Source: Gammaproteobacteria bacterium (GTDB taxonomy: Bacteria > Pseudomonadota > Gammaproteobacteria > Magnimaribacterales > TMED112). From it: a stretch of 64,000 nt of DNA. The notes below the pieces were generated by a model that saw only the letters and a list, made by a program, of their open reading frames with translations, did not search any database and was not told the DNA's origin. A program made the translations under genes and the position numbers. The first letter of the stretch is position 1. Each line of letters opens with the position of its first letter. Shown here in pieces: positions 37,685 to 46,995 of this stretch. The stretch spans positions 33,474 to 97,473 of the forward strand of contig JAYPTH010000001.1 in NCBI GenBank assembly GCA_038133485.1. The letters are read 5' to 3'.

Positions 37685-38225
37685 AGATATTTTGATCAGT
37701 AATAATTTTATCTAATCTTATATCAGTTTTATTTTGAAATGGATAATCTTGCAATTGGAAATCATAACCAACGCCCCATAATTTTGGCCTGTATCTTGAT
37801 CTCTTGATATTTTGAAATAATTTATCGAAATAGCCTTTACCATAACCAATTCTGTACAAACTTAGATTAAAGGCCACCAACGGCACAATAATAATATTAA
37901 GTTGGGAGAGATTTATATGGTCTGCTTTGTTGGGTTCTAGGATGTTAAACTTGCCTCTCTTAAAGCATTTGGAAATTCTGCAGAATTTGATTTTATCTTT
38001 AATAATTTTCGGGGTTGCATATTTTTTTCTCGGATGAAAAAAGATCATAGGCTCATTTCTCGTTGACATAAAGGTCCCAATATTCTTGCTTTTCACGAAT
38101 GCACTTTCAGCAAATAATTTTTGATTGATTTTTTTTGAAAGAATAAGTTTTTGGCTATAGGTAAGTTCTAATCTTTTATCTAAGGATTTTTGTCTTATTT
38201 CTAATTTTGATGGCATCTGAATCAT
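37677..38225 (-). CDS. ygfA: 5-formyltetrahydrofolate cyclo-ligase (YgfA)
   Basis: Contains the 'GYGKGYFDK' motif. It lies immediately downstream of 6S RNA, as in E. coli ssrS-ygfA. Confidence 0.8.
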   Translation of the reverse strand: MIQMPSKLEIRQKSLDKRLELTYSQKLILSKKINQKLFAESAFVKSKNIGTFMSTRNEPMIFFHPRKKYATPKIIKDKIKFCRISKCFKRGKFNILEPNKADHINLSQLNIIIVPLVAFNLSLYRIGYGKGYFDKLFQNIKRSRYRPKLWGVGYDFQLQDYPFQNKTDIRLDKIITDQNIYE

Positions 38226-38383
38226 AGTTTACAGTCACCCTGAACCCTTAAGGTCAGGTGGGCAGCTCATTTATAAAGTAAGGCTTCCTTTAAAAGTATT
38301 GCACAGCTAAATAAACTCTGCTTCCCTATATTTACAATATCGGTTCTAGAGTAAATTCTGAAAACCAATGATCCAGATAGAAT
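38214..38383 (-). ncRNA. ssrS: 6S RNA (SsrS); ends approximate
   Basis: The zapA-ssrS-ygfA synteny is present. Minus-strand 'CACCUGACCUUAAGGGUUCAGGGUGACUGU', 'GAACCGAUAUU' and 'GGAAGCCUUA' resemble E. coli 6S segments recalled from memory. A closing helix forms between AUCUGGAUCAU (38378-68) and AUGAUUCAGAU (38225-15). A -10-like TATATT lies at 38390-85. Confidence 0.8.
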
Positions 38384-38413
38384 TAATATAATCTTTTTTT
38401 CGATGTTTTTTAA

Positions 38414-38698
38414 TTATTGGTTTAAGAAAATCTCTAATTTTTCTGTAAGGGCATTGATTCTTTTGTCGGTCTCAATATTTTCGGAGTTATTAATTTCTTT
38501 AAGTTTTTTGTTTTCAATAGCAAGCTTTAGAGCAGAATAAACCAAGCCATAATCAAGCTTATCTTCTGGGGGATTAATTTCTTCGATTAATTGTAATATC
38601 TCTCTTTCTGCCTCTTTAAATGGCAAATAATCGCTGTAGGGTATTTTAAAAATAAATTTTCTATTTCGAACCACAAGTTCAACTATTTGTTCATTCAT
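38414..38698 (-). CDS. zapA: Cell division protein ZapA
   Basis: A 94-aa protein with a coiled-coil C-terminus, positioned directly upstream of 6S RNA. Confidence 0.6.
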   Translation of the reverse strand: MNEQIVELVVRNRKFIFKIPYSDYLPFKEAEREILQLIEEINPPEDKLDYGLVYSALKLAIENKKLKEINNSENIETDKRINALTEKLEIFLNQ

Positions 38699-39435
38699 CC
38701 TAAAGATTTGCCTCCATCAACATTAATATTCCTACCAGTCATGTACCTATTCATTCTAATTAGATAATCCACTGTAGAGACTATATCATTTTCATTGCCC
38801 ATTCTTTTGAGAGGGACTTCTAAAAGCATCTGTTTCTGTTTCTCTTCATCTGGTGGGTTGTTTTCATCCCAAAGGATTATCCCTGGCGATACGGCATTTA
38901 CTGTAATGTTTGGTGCCAATTCTTTAGCGAGTGATTTTGTTAAATTTAGCAATCCAGCTTTAGCTGATGCATATACTGTGTAATTTGCTAAGCCTAACTC
39001 GGCATAAATATCTCCCATGTTAACAATGGTTCCTTTGTTCATCTTCAACAAACTGCCTAAATTTTTACAAATAAAAATTGGAGCTTTTAAATTAGATGAT
39101 ATTAAGGCATCCCAATCGGCTTCAGTAATTTCATCTATTGCTTTTGAATAAAATGTAGATGCATTATTAACTAGAGCAGTTAGGTTCTTATGCCTCTTAG
39201 CTATAAGTTGGCACATTTCATTTAGTTCGTCTAGGTTATCAAGGTCTGCCCTATACGCATAGCATGAATTTTTACGTATTTTGTTAAGCTCATCAACTAG
39301 CGATTCTGCACTTGAGTTTGAAGATCTGTAATGAAAGATAACATCCCAACCAAGATTATGAAAATGCAATAAGATAGCTTTTCCAATTCTTTTGGCTCCA
39401 CCAGTAACGAAAATTGCATTATTCATTTTGCTCAA
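38695..39435 (-). CDS. SDR-family pteridine/dihydrofolate reductase-like (FolM-like)
   Basis: Contains 'VTGGAKRIGKAI' and 'YTVYASAKAG' (YxxxK). The specific substrate is not determinable from sequence. Confidence 0.7.
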   Translation of the reverse strand: MSKMNNAIFVTGGAKRIGKAILLHFHNLGWDVIFHYRSSNSSAESLVDELNKIRKNSCYAYRADLDNLDELNEMCQLIAKRHKNLTALVNNASTFYSKAIDEITEADWDALISSNLKAPIFICKNLGSLLKMNKGTIVNMGDIYAELGLANYTVYASAKAGLLNLTKSLAKELAPNITVNAVSPGIILWDENNPPDEEKQKQMLLEVPLKRMGNENDIVSTVDYLIRMNRYMTGRNINVDGGKSLG

Positions 39436-40423
39436 TAATTTTAATAATTTTTAATCTTTTTTCATGCGGTATGAGTTCTTTTTTTATATTTGAAAGATAG
39501 CTGAAATCAACCTTTTTTATTTTTTCATAAATTGATCTATGGTTTAAGTTTGATTTCTCGAAGTAAGGGAGCACTTTTATAAAGAGTTGATCATACTGAG
39601 AGGAGGTCATTTTTAAATAAAAATTTGCCCGTACTTCAACTGCATCATTTGAATTGTAGGCATCCATTGCTTTCCAGACATCCAATGTTTTTTTCGTAGT
39701 ATTTCTTAATAATAATGCTTGAGCAAACTTGTAATTATTCATACTAGAAATCTGGCACCAAGCAATATCAAAATCATTTGAAACTTTTGTTGGTAGTCTA
39801 CTTAGCGTGGTAAACCAAGGCTCAATTAATTGAAAATCAATAATATTTTGTAAGAATCTAGTTGCGCTGATAGCAAAACCTTTTTCAAGCTCTAAATAAA
39901 CTCGCTCCGCTTTTAAATATTTTAGTTCATTTGATAATTTAATTTTATTCAAAGCTCCCAAAGTCTTTTTATGAATTGAAAAGTCCTCGAACTTTGTTTT
40001 AAATCTTATTAACCTCAAGGACCTCAATGGATCTTCAAAAAAAGCGTCTGAGGTATGCGCCAAACATTTATTCTTTATGTCTTGGACTCCATTATAAGGA
40101 TCAATAATATTGCCTTTCATATCCATAGCAATTGAATTAATGGTTAGATCTCTCCTTGATAGGTCTTGTTCAAGAGTAACAGAGGAGTCAAAATCAACTG
40201 TAAAACCACTATACCCTTTGCCAGTTTTTATCTCTGTCCTTGCTAATGCATATTCTTCATTGGTCTCTGGGTGGATAAATACGGGGAAATCTTTCCCAAC
40301 TTGCTTATAGCCTAATGAGATCATTTCTTTTGGAGTTGAGCCGACAACAACCCAGTCTGAGTCTGAGGGTTTTATCCCCATGATCTCATCTCTAACAGCT
40401 CCACCAACTTTATAGATTTTCAT
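39419..40423 (-). CDS. cca: tRNA nucleotidyltransferase (CCA-adding), short form with no recognisable HD motif
   Basis: N-terminal 'VGGAVRDEIMG...DSDWVVVG' is present. It is 334 aa. Confidence 0.85.
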   Translation of the reverse strand: MKIYKVGGAVRDEIMGIKPSDSDWVVVGSTPKEMISLGYKQVGKDFPVFIHPETNEEYALARTEIKTGKGYSGFTVDFDSSVTLEQDLSRRDLTINSIAMDMKGNIIDPYNGVQDIKNKCLAHTSDAFFEDPLRSLRLIRFKTKFEDFSIHKKTLGALNKIKLSNELKYLKAERVYLELEKGFAISATRFLQNIIDFQLIEPWFTTLSRLPTKVSNDFDIAWCQISSMNNYKFAQALLLRNTTKKTLDVWKAMDAYNSNDAVEVRANFYLKMTSSQYDQLFIKVLPYFEKSNLNHRSIYEKIKKVDFSYLSNIKKELIPHEKRLKIIKIIEQNE

Positions 40424-41238
40424 TTCTCTGAATTAACGGTAATTATTGAATTGTCATATAAGTTTATGGCAGCCAGTGAGCCGCCCCACACACAACCAAG
40501 ATCAATGCCTTTAATTCTGTTGTGATTGGTCACCCCATTAATAGCCGCCCAATGTCCGAAAATTATGTTATCAATTTCATTTAAAGCTTGATGCTGGTAA
40601 CTAAACCAGGGTTTGTAATTTTCTTTTGTAGATTTATTTAATTTAGTTTTAAGGTCTAATTTATTTTTCTGAGATAAAAACCTAATTCTAGTAAAAACAT
40701 TTACAAGGTATCTAAGTCTATTTCTTTTGTTCGTTGATTTAGATATTGCTAGTCTTCTATCACTATACATATCTGTTAAAAATTTTTCAGGGTCTTTTTT
40801 TAGTGATTCCGTAAGCTCTTCATTTGCAGATTGAATTTCATTCAATCCCCAAGTCGGTAAAATACCAGCATGAACAACTAGAGAGTTTTTGCCCTCAACT
40901 CTTAATACTTTGACAAATGGAAATTTTAAAAAGTACTCGATAATCTCAATCTTTTTATTTTTGTTAAGTACCTTTTGAAGAGTATGATTTTTATCTTTTA
41001 TCTTATGGACTCCAAGCATCATAGCCATCATATGCAGGTCATGGTTGCCTAATACACTTTTTATTTTATTGGCTATGATATAGTCAATGACTTTTTCAGA
41101 TTCAGGGCCACGATTCACAAGATCACCAACGCAAAAAAGTTTATTTTCTTTATTTGGATCAATAATTTTTAAAAGGCTCTTAAATTCTGAATGACAGCCC
41201 TGGATATCTCCGACAATAAATCTAAATTTGCTCTTCAC
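40420..41238 (-). CDS. apaH: Bis(5'-nucleosyl)-tetraphosphatase, symmetrical
   Basis: Contains 'GDLVNRGPES' and 'GNHD' metallophosphatase motifs. Operon context supports the call. Confidence 0.9.
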   Translation of the reverse strand: MKSKFRFIVGDIQGCHSEFKSLLKIIDPNKENKLFCVGDLVNRGPESEKVIDYIIANKIKSVLGNHDLHMMAMMLGVHKIKDKNHTLQKVLNKNKKIEIIEYFLKFPFVKVLRVEGKNSLVVHAGILPTWGLNEIQSANEELTESLKKDPEKFLTDMYSDRRLAISKSTNKRNRLRYLVNVFTRIRFLSQKNKLDLKTKLNKSTKENYKPWFSYQHQALNEIDNIIFGHWAAINGVTNHNRIKGIDLGCVWGGSLAAINLYDNSIITVNSEK

Positions 41239-41989
41239 TTATATCTAGTATTTCAAAATAATCTTTTAGAGCAAGCTCTTCAGGTCTTAGAGATACCTCA
41301 AATGTGAGTTGTTCAAAACTATTAATTAAATTCCTCAGCGAGCTTCTTATTTGCTTGCGTGGATTTGCAAAGCATAAACTTAAAAGGTTTTTTAGCCTCG
41401 CATAGTCTTTCATTCTTTTTTGATTTCTATTATGTGGAGAAATCTTGATCAGTGTGGACGTTACCTTTGGCTTAGGGACAAATGCTTCAGGGTGGACATC
41501 AAATAGCTGCTCTACATTTGCAAAGAAATTTGCTTGCAAAGAAATTTTTGTGCTTTTCCCTTCCTTTGGAGCAAATCTATTGGCAAGTTCTTTCTGTATA
41601 AGAAAAGTAGCACTATTAAAACTGATTCCAGATTCAAGCAAATTCAAGATGATTTGTGAAGAAATATTATAAGGCAGATTGCCCACAAATATATTCCCAT
41701 TACCCTCAAATTTCTTAAGATCTGTTTTCAAGATATCTTGGTTAATTATTGTTATGCCCTCCTGATTTATGTATCTTTTGGCAAGATGGTTTGCAAGGTT
41801 GTTATCGATTTCAATTGCTGTTATGGGCAAGCCAGTATGAATAAGATTTTTGGTTAAAGCGCCGTCACCAGGCCCAATTTCAATTACTCTTTTACAGCCT
41901 GTAAAGTCTATAGAAGAAAAAATTTTATCAAGAATAATATTGTCACGCAGAAAATTTTGTCCTAATGATTTCTTAAATTTTCTTACCAT
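41222..41989 (-). CDS. rsmA: 16S rRNA (adenine1518/1519-N6)-dimethyltransferase
   Basis: Contains 'LGQNFL' and the 'EIGPGDGALT' SAM motif. Confidence 0.92.
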   Translation of the reverse strand: MVRKFKKSLGQNFLRDNIILDKIFSSIDFTGCKRVIEIGPGDGALTKNLIHTGLPITAIEIDNNLANHLAKRYINQEGITIINQDILKTDLKKFEGNGNIFVGNLPYNISSQIILNLLESGISFNSATFLIQKELANRFAPKEGKSTKISLQANFFANVEQLFDVHPEAFVPKPKVTSTLIKISPHNRNQKRMKDYARLKNLLSLCFANPRKQIRSSLRNLINSFEQLTFEVSLRPEELALKDYFEILDISEEQI

Positions 41990-42947
41990 AGCCAGCTAAT
42001 TTAATGGCTTCTATCATGCTAGAAGGATTTGCAATTAGTTTTTCTGCAATGTCGTAAGCTGTTCCATGATCTACTGAGGTTCTCATAAATGGAAGGCCAA
42101 ATGTAATATTAACTGTCCCAAAGAAATCTATTGTTTTAATTACTGGTAAGGCTTGATCATGATACATGCTTAACAAGCCGTCATATCCATCTTTAAGAAA
42201 GACTGTATCTGCAGAAAAAGGACCTTCAATCCTTAGGCCTTTTTCTTGAAACTGCTGTATGACTGGTTTTATCACTTCTTTCTCTTCATTTCCAAATCTA
42301 CCGCTTTCACCACAATGTGGATTTAAACCCATAATACCAATCTTTGGATCTGTAATACCAAAATACTGCGTCAACCCTTTGGTAAAAGTTTCAATGCTTT
42401 CCTTGAGGACTTCTTGAGTCAGGCAACGTGAAACATCTTTTAAAGGTAAGTGGGTAGTAACTAAGCCAACAGTAAATTTTGTGTTTCTTAAGACCATTAA
42501 TACATTCTGTGTATTTGTCTTTAATTTTAAATGCTCAGTATGACCACTAAAGCCAGGTGAAATTTCCGCAATGAATTCTTTATTTATTGGGCCAGTAACA
42601 AGATTGCTTTTATGCTGTTTGCAAAGATTTATAGCAGCATCAATACAGTTGAGTATATATTCGGAATTATTTTTATTGGGCAATCCTAAATTATTTGGCT
42701 TGCAAGCATCAACATAATTAAAATTTAGGCAGTTACTCTTGAGGCTCTTAAGGTCGTTTGCTCTGTTAAGAGCTAAATTGATAGGAATTCTTTTTATTAA
42801 ATCTTCGAGTATTTTTGGATCAGATATTACAAGAATGTTATTAAGATTGGATCGTATCACCTCATCATTAAGTGATTTGAGAAATACTTCAGGCCCCACT
42901 CCTGATGGGTCTCCCAAAGAAATAACAACCTTATTATTAAATATCAA
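41973..42947 (-). CDS. pdxA: 4-hydroxythreonine-4-phosphate dehydrogenase
   Basis: Contains 'GDPSGVGPEV' and 'MYHDQALPV'. Confidence 0.92.
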   Translation of the reverse strand: MIFNNKVVISLGDPSGVGPEVFLKSLNDEVIRSNLNNILVISDPKILEDLIKRIPINLALNRANDLKSLKSNCLNFNYVDACKPNNLGLPNKNNSEYILNCIDAAINLCKQHKSNLVTGPINKEFIAEISPGFSGHTEHLKLKTNTQNVLMVLRNTKFTVGLVTTHLPLKDVSRCLTQEVLKESIETFTKGLTQYFGITDPKIGIMGLNPHCGESGRFGNEEKEVIKPVIQQFQEKGLRIEGPFSADTVFLKDGYDGLLSMYHDQALPVIKTIDFFGTVNITFGLPFMRTSVDHGTAYDIAEKLIANPSSMIEAIKLAGYGKKI

Positions 42948-44188
42948 GAGTCTTTAACTTCAATAAATGCTTCTGCCCTAAGCTCTTGGAGATCTGACTC
43001 AAGTTCTTCCTGAAATTTTCTGTTGTATAGATAGGAAAATGCTTGTTCAGCAACATTATCGTCTGTTTTATCTTCCACTCTAGTCGCTAATACTTCAAGA
43101 ATATGCCAACCAAATTGAGTTAAGAATGGTTCAGTAATAGTATTTAGGTCTGAATTTATCATCTTTTCTTCAAATTCAGGAGCATATTTACCTTGGCCAG
43201 CCCAACCTAAATTTCCACCTTCTTGTTTTGAGCCTGGGTCATCTGAAAACTCTCTAGCGAGCTCTGAAAATGATTCCCCAGCAATAATTCTCTCTCTAAT
43301 AGCATCTAAGGCAGATTCACTGCTCTCTTCATCTCTTATTCTATTAGGTATAAGAAGTATATGTCTTACATCCCATTGCTTCTCAAAAGTAACCATGGGA
43401 CCTCTTTTATTTTCTAAATATAAAATATGTTTACCAGCACCTGTTTGGATTATCTCAGAAAATTCACCAATATTTAGGTCTGCAATTGGAGCCTGAAATA
43501 CCTGAGGAAATCCGGTTATGTTTCTCCAACCCAGATCTCCAGAGTTGTTATCTTCTGAATAAAGGGCAAAAAGATCATTGGCATTAGTGCCTTCAGAAAG
43601 TTGTGCTTTGATAACTTTTGAGATTTCATCTATATCTTTATCAGAATTATTCCTTACCAATATTTGCTTAACATGTAATTCTGGTCCAAGTTGAGATTTT
43701 GCTTCATCAGTATCCAGAAAACTATCTAACTCATCTCTGGTGATTGAAATTTTATTTTGGATACGTCCTTGTTGCACTCTTTGAATTTTTAAAGACTTTC
43801 TTACTTCTTCTCTGACTTGTTCATAAGAATCGCCTTGATCTTCAACATACTTAACAAATGATTCTAGATCCATTTCATTTTGTTGTGCTAATCGCTTCAA
43901 GGTGAGATTTAATTCCTCATCACTAACTTTAATTCCAACTCTATCAGCAATTTGTAGCTGGAGTTCTTCTAGAATTAACTCTTCAATAATGCTTTCTCTC
44001 AGTTCCTCGTCACTTGGAATTCTTCGTCCACTTACTGCAGCCTCTTTTTTAAAGTCAGACATTCTTTGTTCGATATCTGATTCAAGAACTACGCCATCAT
44101 TTACTATTACGGCAACGCTATCCAGCTCTTCAGCTTCGAAAGCTAAGACGAAAAAAAATAAAGAAAGAATTTTAATTAAATATGCCAT
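42944..44188 (-). CDS. surA: Periplasmic chaperone/PPIase SurA
   Basis: Has a signal peptide and two parvulin-like segments ('HVKQILV', 'VRHILLIP'). The lptD-surA-pdxA synteny supports it. Confidence 0.88.
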   Translation of the reverse strand: MAYLIKILSLFFFVLAFEAEELDSVAVIVNDGVVLESDIEQRMSDFKKEAAVSGRRIPSDEELRESIIEELILEELQLQIADRVGIKVSDEELNLTLKRLAQQNEMDLESFVKYVEDQGDSYEQVREEVRKSLKIQRVQQGRIQNKISITRDELDSFLDTDEAKSQLGPELHVKQILVRNNSDKDIDEISKVIKAQLSEGTNANDLFALYSEDNNSGDLGWRNITGFPQVFQAPIADLNIGEFSEIIQTGAGKHILYLENKRGPMVTFEKQWDVRHILLIPNRIRDEESSESALDAIRERIIAGESFSELAREFSDDPGSKQEGGNLGWAGQGKYAPEFEEKMINSDLNTITEPFLTQFGWHILEVLATRVEDKTDDNVAEQAFSYLYNRKFQEELESDLQELRAEAFIEVKDS

Positions 44189-46085
44189 TTTGAATAATTT
44201 TTTCTATTGGTTTTAATGCTTCCGACAAACCAACAAGTTCAAACTCAAAGCTAAGGTTATTTTTTAGAACGGGATTAGTCAAATATATTTGTTGAAAATA
44301 ATTACGATTAGAGTAATCAGGAGAAGTAAACGGAAAAAATCTAGCTCTTTCAAAAGCTAATCTTAGCCGAAAACAATACTGTTCCCATTCTATTCCTAAT
44401 ATATTTTCATTAATTGTTTTTTCTCTAGTTGAATATTGTGTGCGACCAAAAAAAGAAAAATTATTAAAATCTTTCTTAAATTTCATTAAGTAATTATCCA
44501 TAGAATTTAAGGGATAGCTTGTCATCATCAGTTCCCTCTTTTCTATGGCAAAATAGCTGTTTTTTGTTTGATAGCTTAAACCAAGATCGAGTCCAATTAT
44601 TTCATTCTTCTTAAGGCTATAGTTGCCTGAGGCACTAACACTCAAATGACCGTATTTTTGGTTCAACGAGAAAAAAAATGGTTGATTTTCATAGAATTGA
44701 CTCAGGATTGGACCCTCATTTTGAAAATTATATTCTTCATACAAATTTGTTGAAAATGAATAATTGAGCGACCCTAAATTTCCCGAGTTGTAGATGAAAA
44801 CCTTTCTTTGATTAGCAAATTTATCTTTGCCAACCCACAATTTCGTGCTGATATTTGAGTCAGGACTAGGAGATTTTGGGTACGAATCCAACAAAGGATT
44901 TTTAAATTGATCATCAAAACTCGAATAAATATACCCAAATTTAAAACTAGAATCTGACAGTTCAATTATTTGTCTTATCGAGTAGGATGCTGACTGAATA
45001 TCCTCTTTTGTTTCTTGATAGTTAATTGTGTATTCATTCCAGTCACCAACAATCGTGGTAACTAGATTTGAGCTTTGTAACTGTGATTTTTTTTCAAAAG
45101 TGATATTCCTGTGTGCTCTATCTACATCTTGATAAACAAGATATGGAAAGTCTGCTGATGGATGTGGTGGCAATATCTTATTTAGTAAGGTTACGTTATT
45201 TTGTATCTTGAATTTAGAATATTCAGTCTCTCGAGTAGCATTCCATCCTCCAAAACTATAAAGGGATATGTATCTAAAAAAATCTTTCGAATGTGTTATT
45301 GGCCTTGGCAAGCTAATATTTTTAAATGATTCACGCCCAATTTCGAAAATACGCCTGTCAGTAAGAAGATTTATGCCATAGCTTTGTTTTAAATCGAGGG
45401 TTCTTCTCTTTATATTTAGAAATTTATAACCATAGTTTTGGATCAAGCTATCACCACTAAAATCACTATAGTCAATGTATAAGGTTAAGGCATTGGTAAG
45501 TTTAAACTGAGAGTTAAGCTGATAAACCCAAGAGCTATCATCATCATTTATCAGAAATGTCTGAAGTCTAGAAGAATTTCTATCAGAGTTATATTCGTAA
45601 TCAAAAGATAAGCCAAATTTTGAATTGGTATAAATAGGTTCAATTTCAATCTTAGAGTTATCAGTTTGTGATTTAAATTTATAGCTAAAATCAAATTCTG
45701 AATCTGTTATGCCAAGATTAGGTATGTTTAGATTTTCCTCTTCTCCAATTTGTATGTTGCCTGCCCAAAAGACAGGCACATTCATAATTTCAACGCGTGC
45801 ATCCCTAACACTTAGTTTTTTTTGATTTTGATCATATTGGGCATTTTTTGCAGTTATCTTCCAGATAGAATCACTTTGACAAGTATTAAAATCGATATCA
45901 CTTAGTTCAAAAATATCTTCCTCGATCTTTGCGGAATTAAAATTAATGCCCACATTATTTTCTATTTCTAATGACCCTTTTTGAACAATAATATCAGCAT
46001 CTGTATCATTTTCATGACATTCAGAACTTAAAAAATTTGCCATTAATAAGCTTAAATACAAATAATGTTTTTTCACTTTAAACAT
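44172..46085 (-). CDS. lptD: LPS-assembly outer membrane protein LptD (short, 637 aa)
   Basis: Has a signal peptide and an aromatic-rich beta-barrel-like composition. It sits upstream of surA. Confidence 0.75.
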   Translation of the reverse strand: MFKVKKHYLYLSLLMANFLSSECHENDTDADIIVQKGSLEIENNVGINFNSAKIEEDIFELSDIDFNTCQSDSIWKITAKNAQYDQNQKKLSVRDARVEIMNVPVFWAGNIQIGEEENLNIPNLGITDSEFDFSYKFKSQTDNSKIEIEPIYTNSKFGLSFDYEYNSDRNSSRLQTFLINDDDSSWVYQLNSQFKLTNALTLYIDYSDFSGDSLIQNYGYKFLNIKRRTLDLKQSYGINLLTDRRIFEIGRESFKNISLPRPITHSKDFFRYISLYSFGGWNATRETEYSKFKIQNNVTLLNKILPPHPSADFPYLVYQDVDRAHRNITFEKKSQLQSSNLVTTIVGDWNEYTINYQETKEDIQSASYSIRQIIELSDSSFKFGYIYSSFDDQFKNPLLDSYPKSPSPDSNISTKLWVGKDKFANQRKVFIYNSGNLGSLNYSFSTNLYEEYNFQNEGPILSQFYENQPFFFSLNQKYGHLSVSASGNYSLKKNEIIGLDLGLSYQTKNSYFAIEKRELMMTSYPLNSMDNYLMKFKKDFNNFSFFGRTQYSTREKTINENILGIEWEQYCFRLRLAFERARFFPFTSPDYSNRNYFQQIYLTNPVLKNNLSFEFELVGLSEALKPIEKIIQNGIFN

Positions 46086-46137
46086 ATGGTTGTTATTATA
46101 GTTGTTAGAGCTATAAATTAATCTATAAGTTCAAACA

Positions 46138-46995
46138 ATGAGTTTAAAAGACAAAGTAATATTTATTTCTGGGGCAAGCAGAGGCATAGGTCTTGCTATT
46201 GTCAAAAAGGCTGCTGAAGATGGCGCTAAAATTGCGATTGCCGCAAAGACTGTTGACCCACACCCAAAATTAGAAGGCACCATTTTCACGGCCGCAGAAG
46301 AAATAGAAAGAGCCGGGGGCCAAGCATTACCGCTTCAATGTGATATTCGTAGTGAAGAAAGTGTTAATAACTGTGTTAAAAAAACTGTTGAGCATTTTGG
46401 AGGTATTGATATTTGTATTAACAATGCCTCAGCAATTAGCCTTACCCCAACACTGCAAACAGATATGAAGAGGTATGATTTGATGCATAATATCAATGGC
46501 AGAGGTACTTTTTTAGTATCTAAAACCTGTATTCCGCATCTGCTCAAATCTGAAAATCCTCATATTCTAAATTTATCGCCACCACTAGATATGAACGAAA
46601 TATGGTTTCAAGGTTCTGTAGCATATACAGTTGCAAAATTTAATATGAGCATGTTTGTCCTTGGCATGGCAGCAGAGTTTAAGGGACAAATTGCTGTAAA
46701 TGCGCTATGGCCTAGAACGGCAATAAAGACGGCTGCTGTGAAAAATATTTTAGGAGGAGATGAAATGATGCAGAAATCAAGAGACCCTCAAATCATGGCC
46801 GACGCTGCTTATATCATTTTAAATAAGGACAAAGATTTGTTTACTGGCAACTATGTTATTGATGATACTCTTTTGGCAGAGCATGGCGAAACTAACTTTA
46901 GAAAATATGCAGACTATCCATTTGCTGAGCTGATGCCCGATTTTTTTGTTCCTGCAGATTCATATCCTGTACCAAAGGCAGTTAAAGACAGTTGA
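46138..46995 (+). CDS. SDR-family oxidoreductase
   Basis: Contains the 'ISGASRGIGLAI' motif and 'YTVAKFNMS' (YxxxK). Confidence 0.75.
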   Translation: MSLKDKVIFISGASRGIGLAIVKKAAEDGAKIAIAAKTVDPHPKLEGTIFTAAEEIERAGGQALPLQCDIRSEESVNNCVKKTVEHFGGIDICINNASAISLTPTLQTDMKRYDLMHNINGRGTFLVSKTCIPHLLKSENPHILNLSPPLDMNEIWFQGSVAYTVAKFNMSMFVLGMAAEFKGQIAVNALWPRTAIKTAAVKNILGGDEMMQKSRDPQIMADAAYIILNKDKDLFTGNYVIDDTLLAEHGETNFRKYADYPFAELMPDFFVPADSYPVPKAVKDS

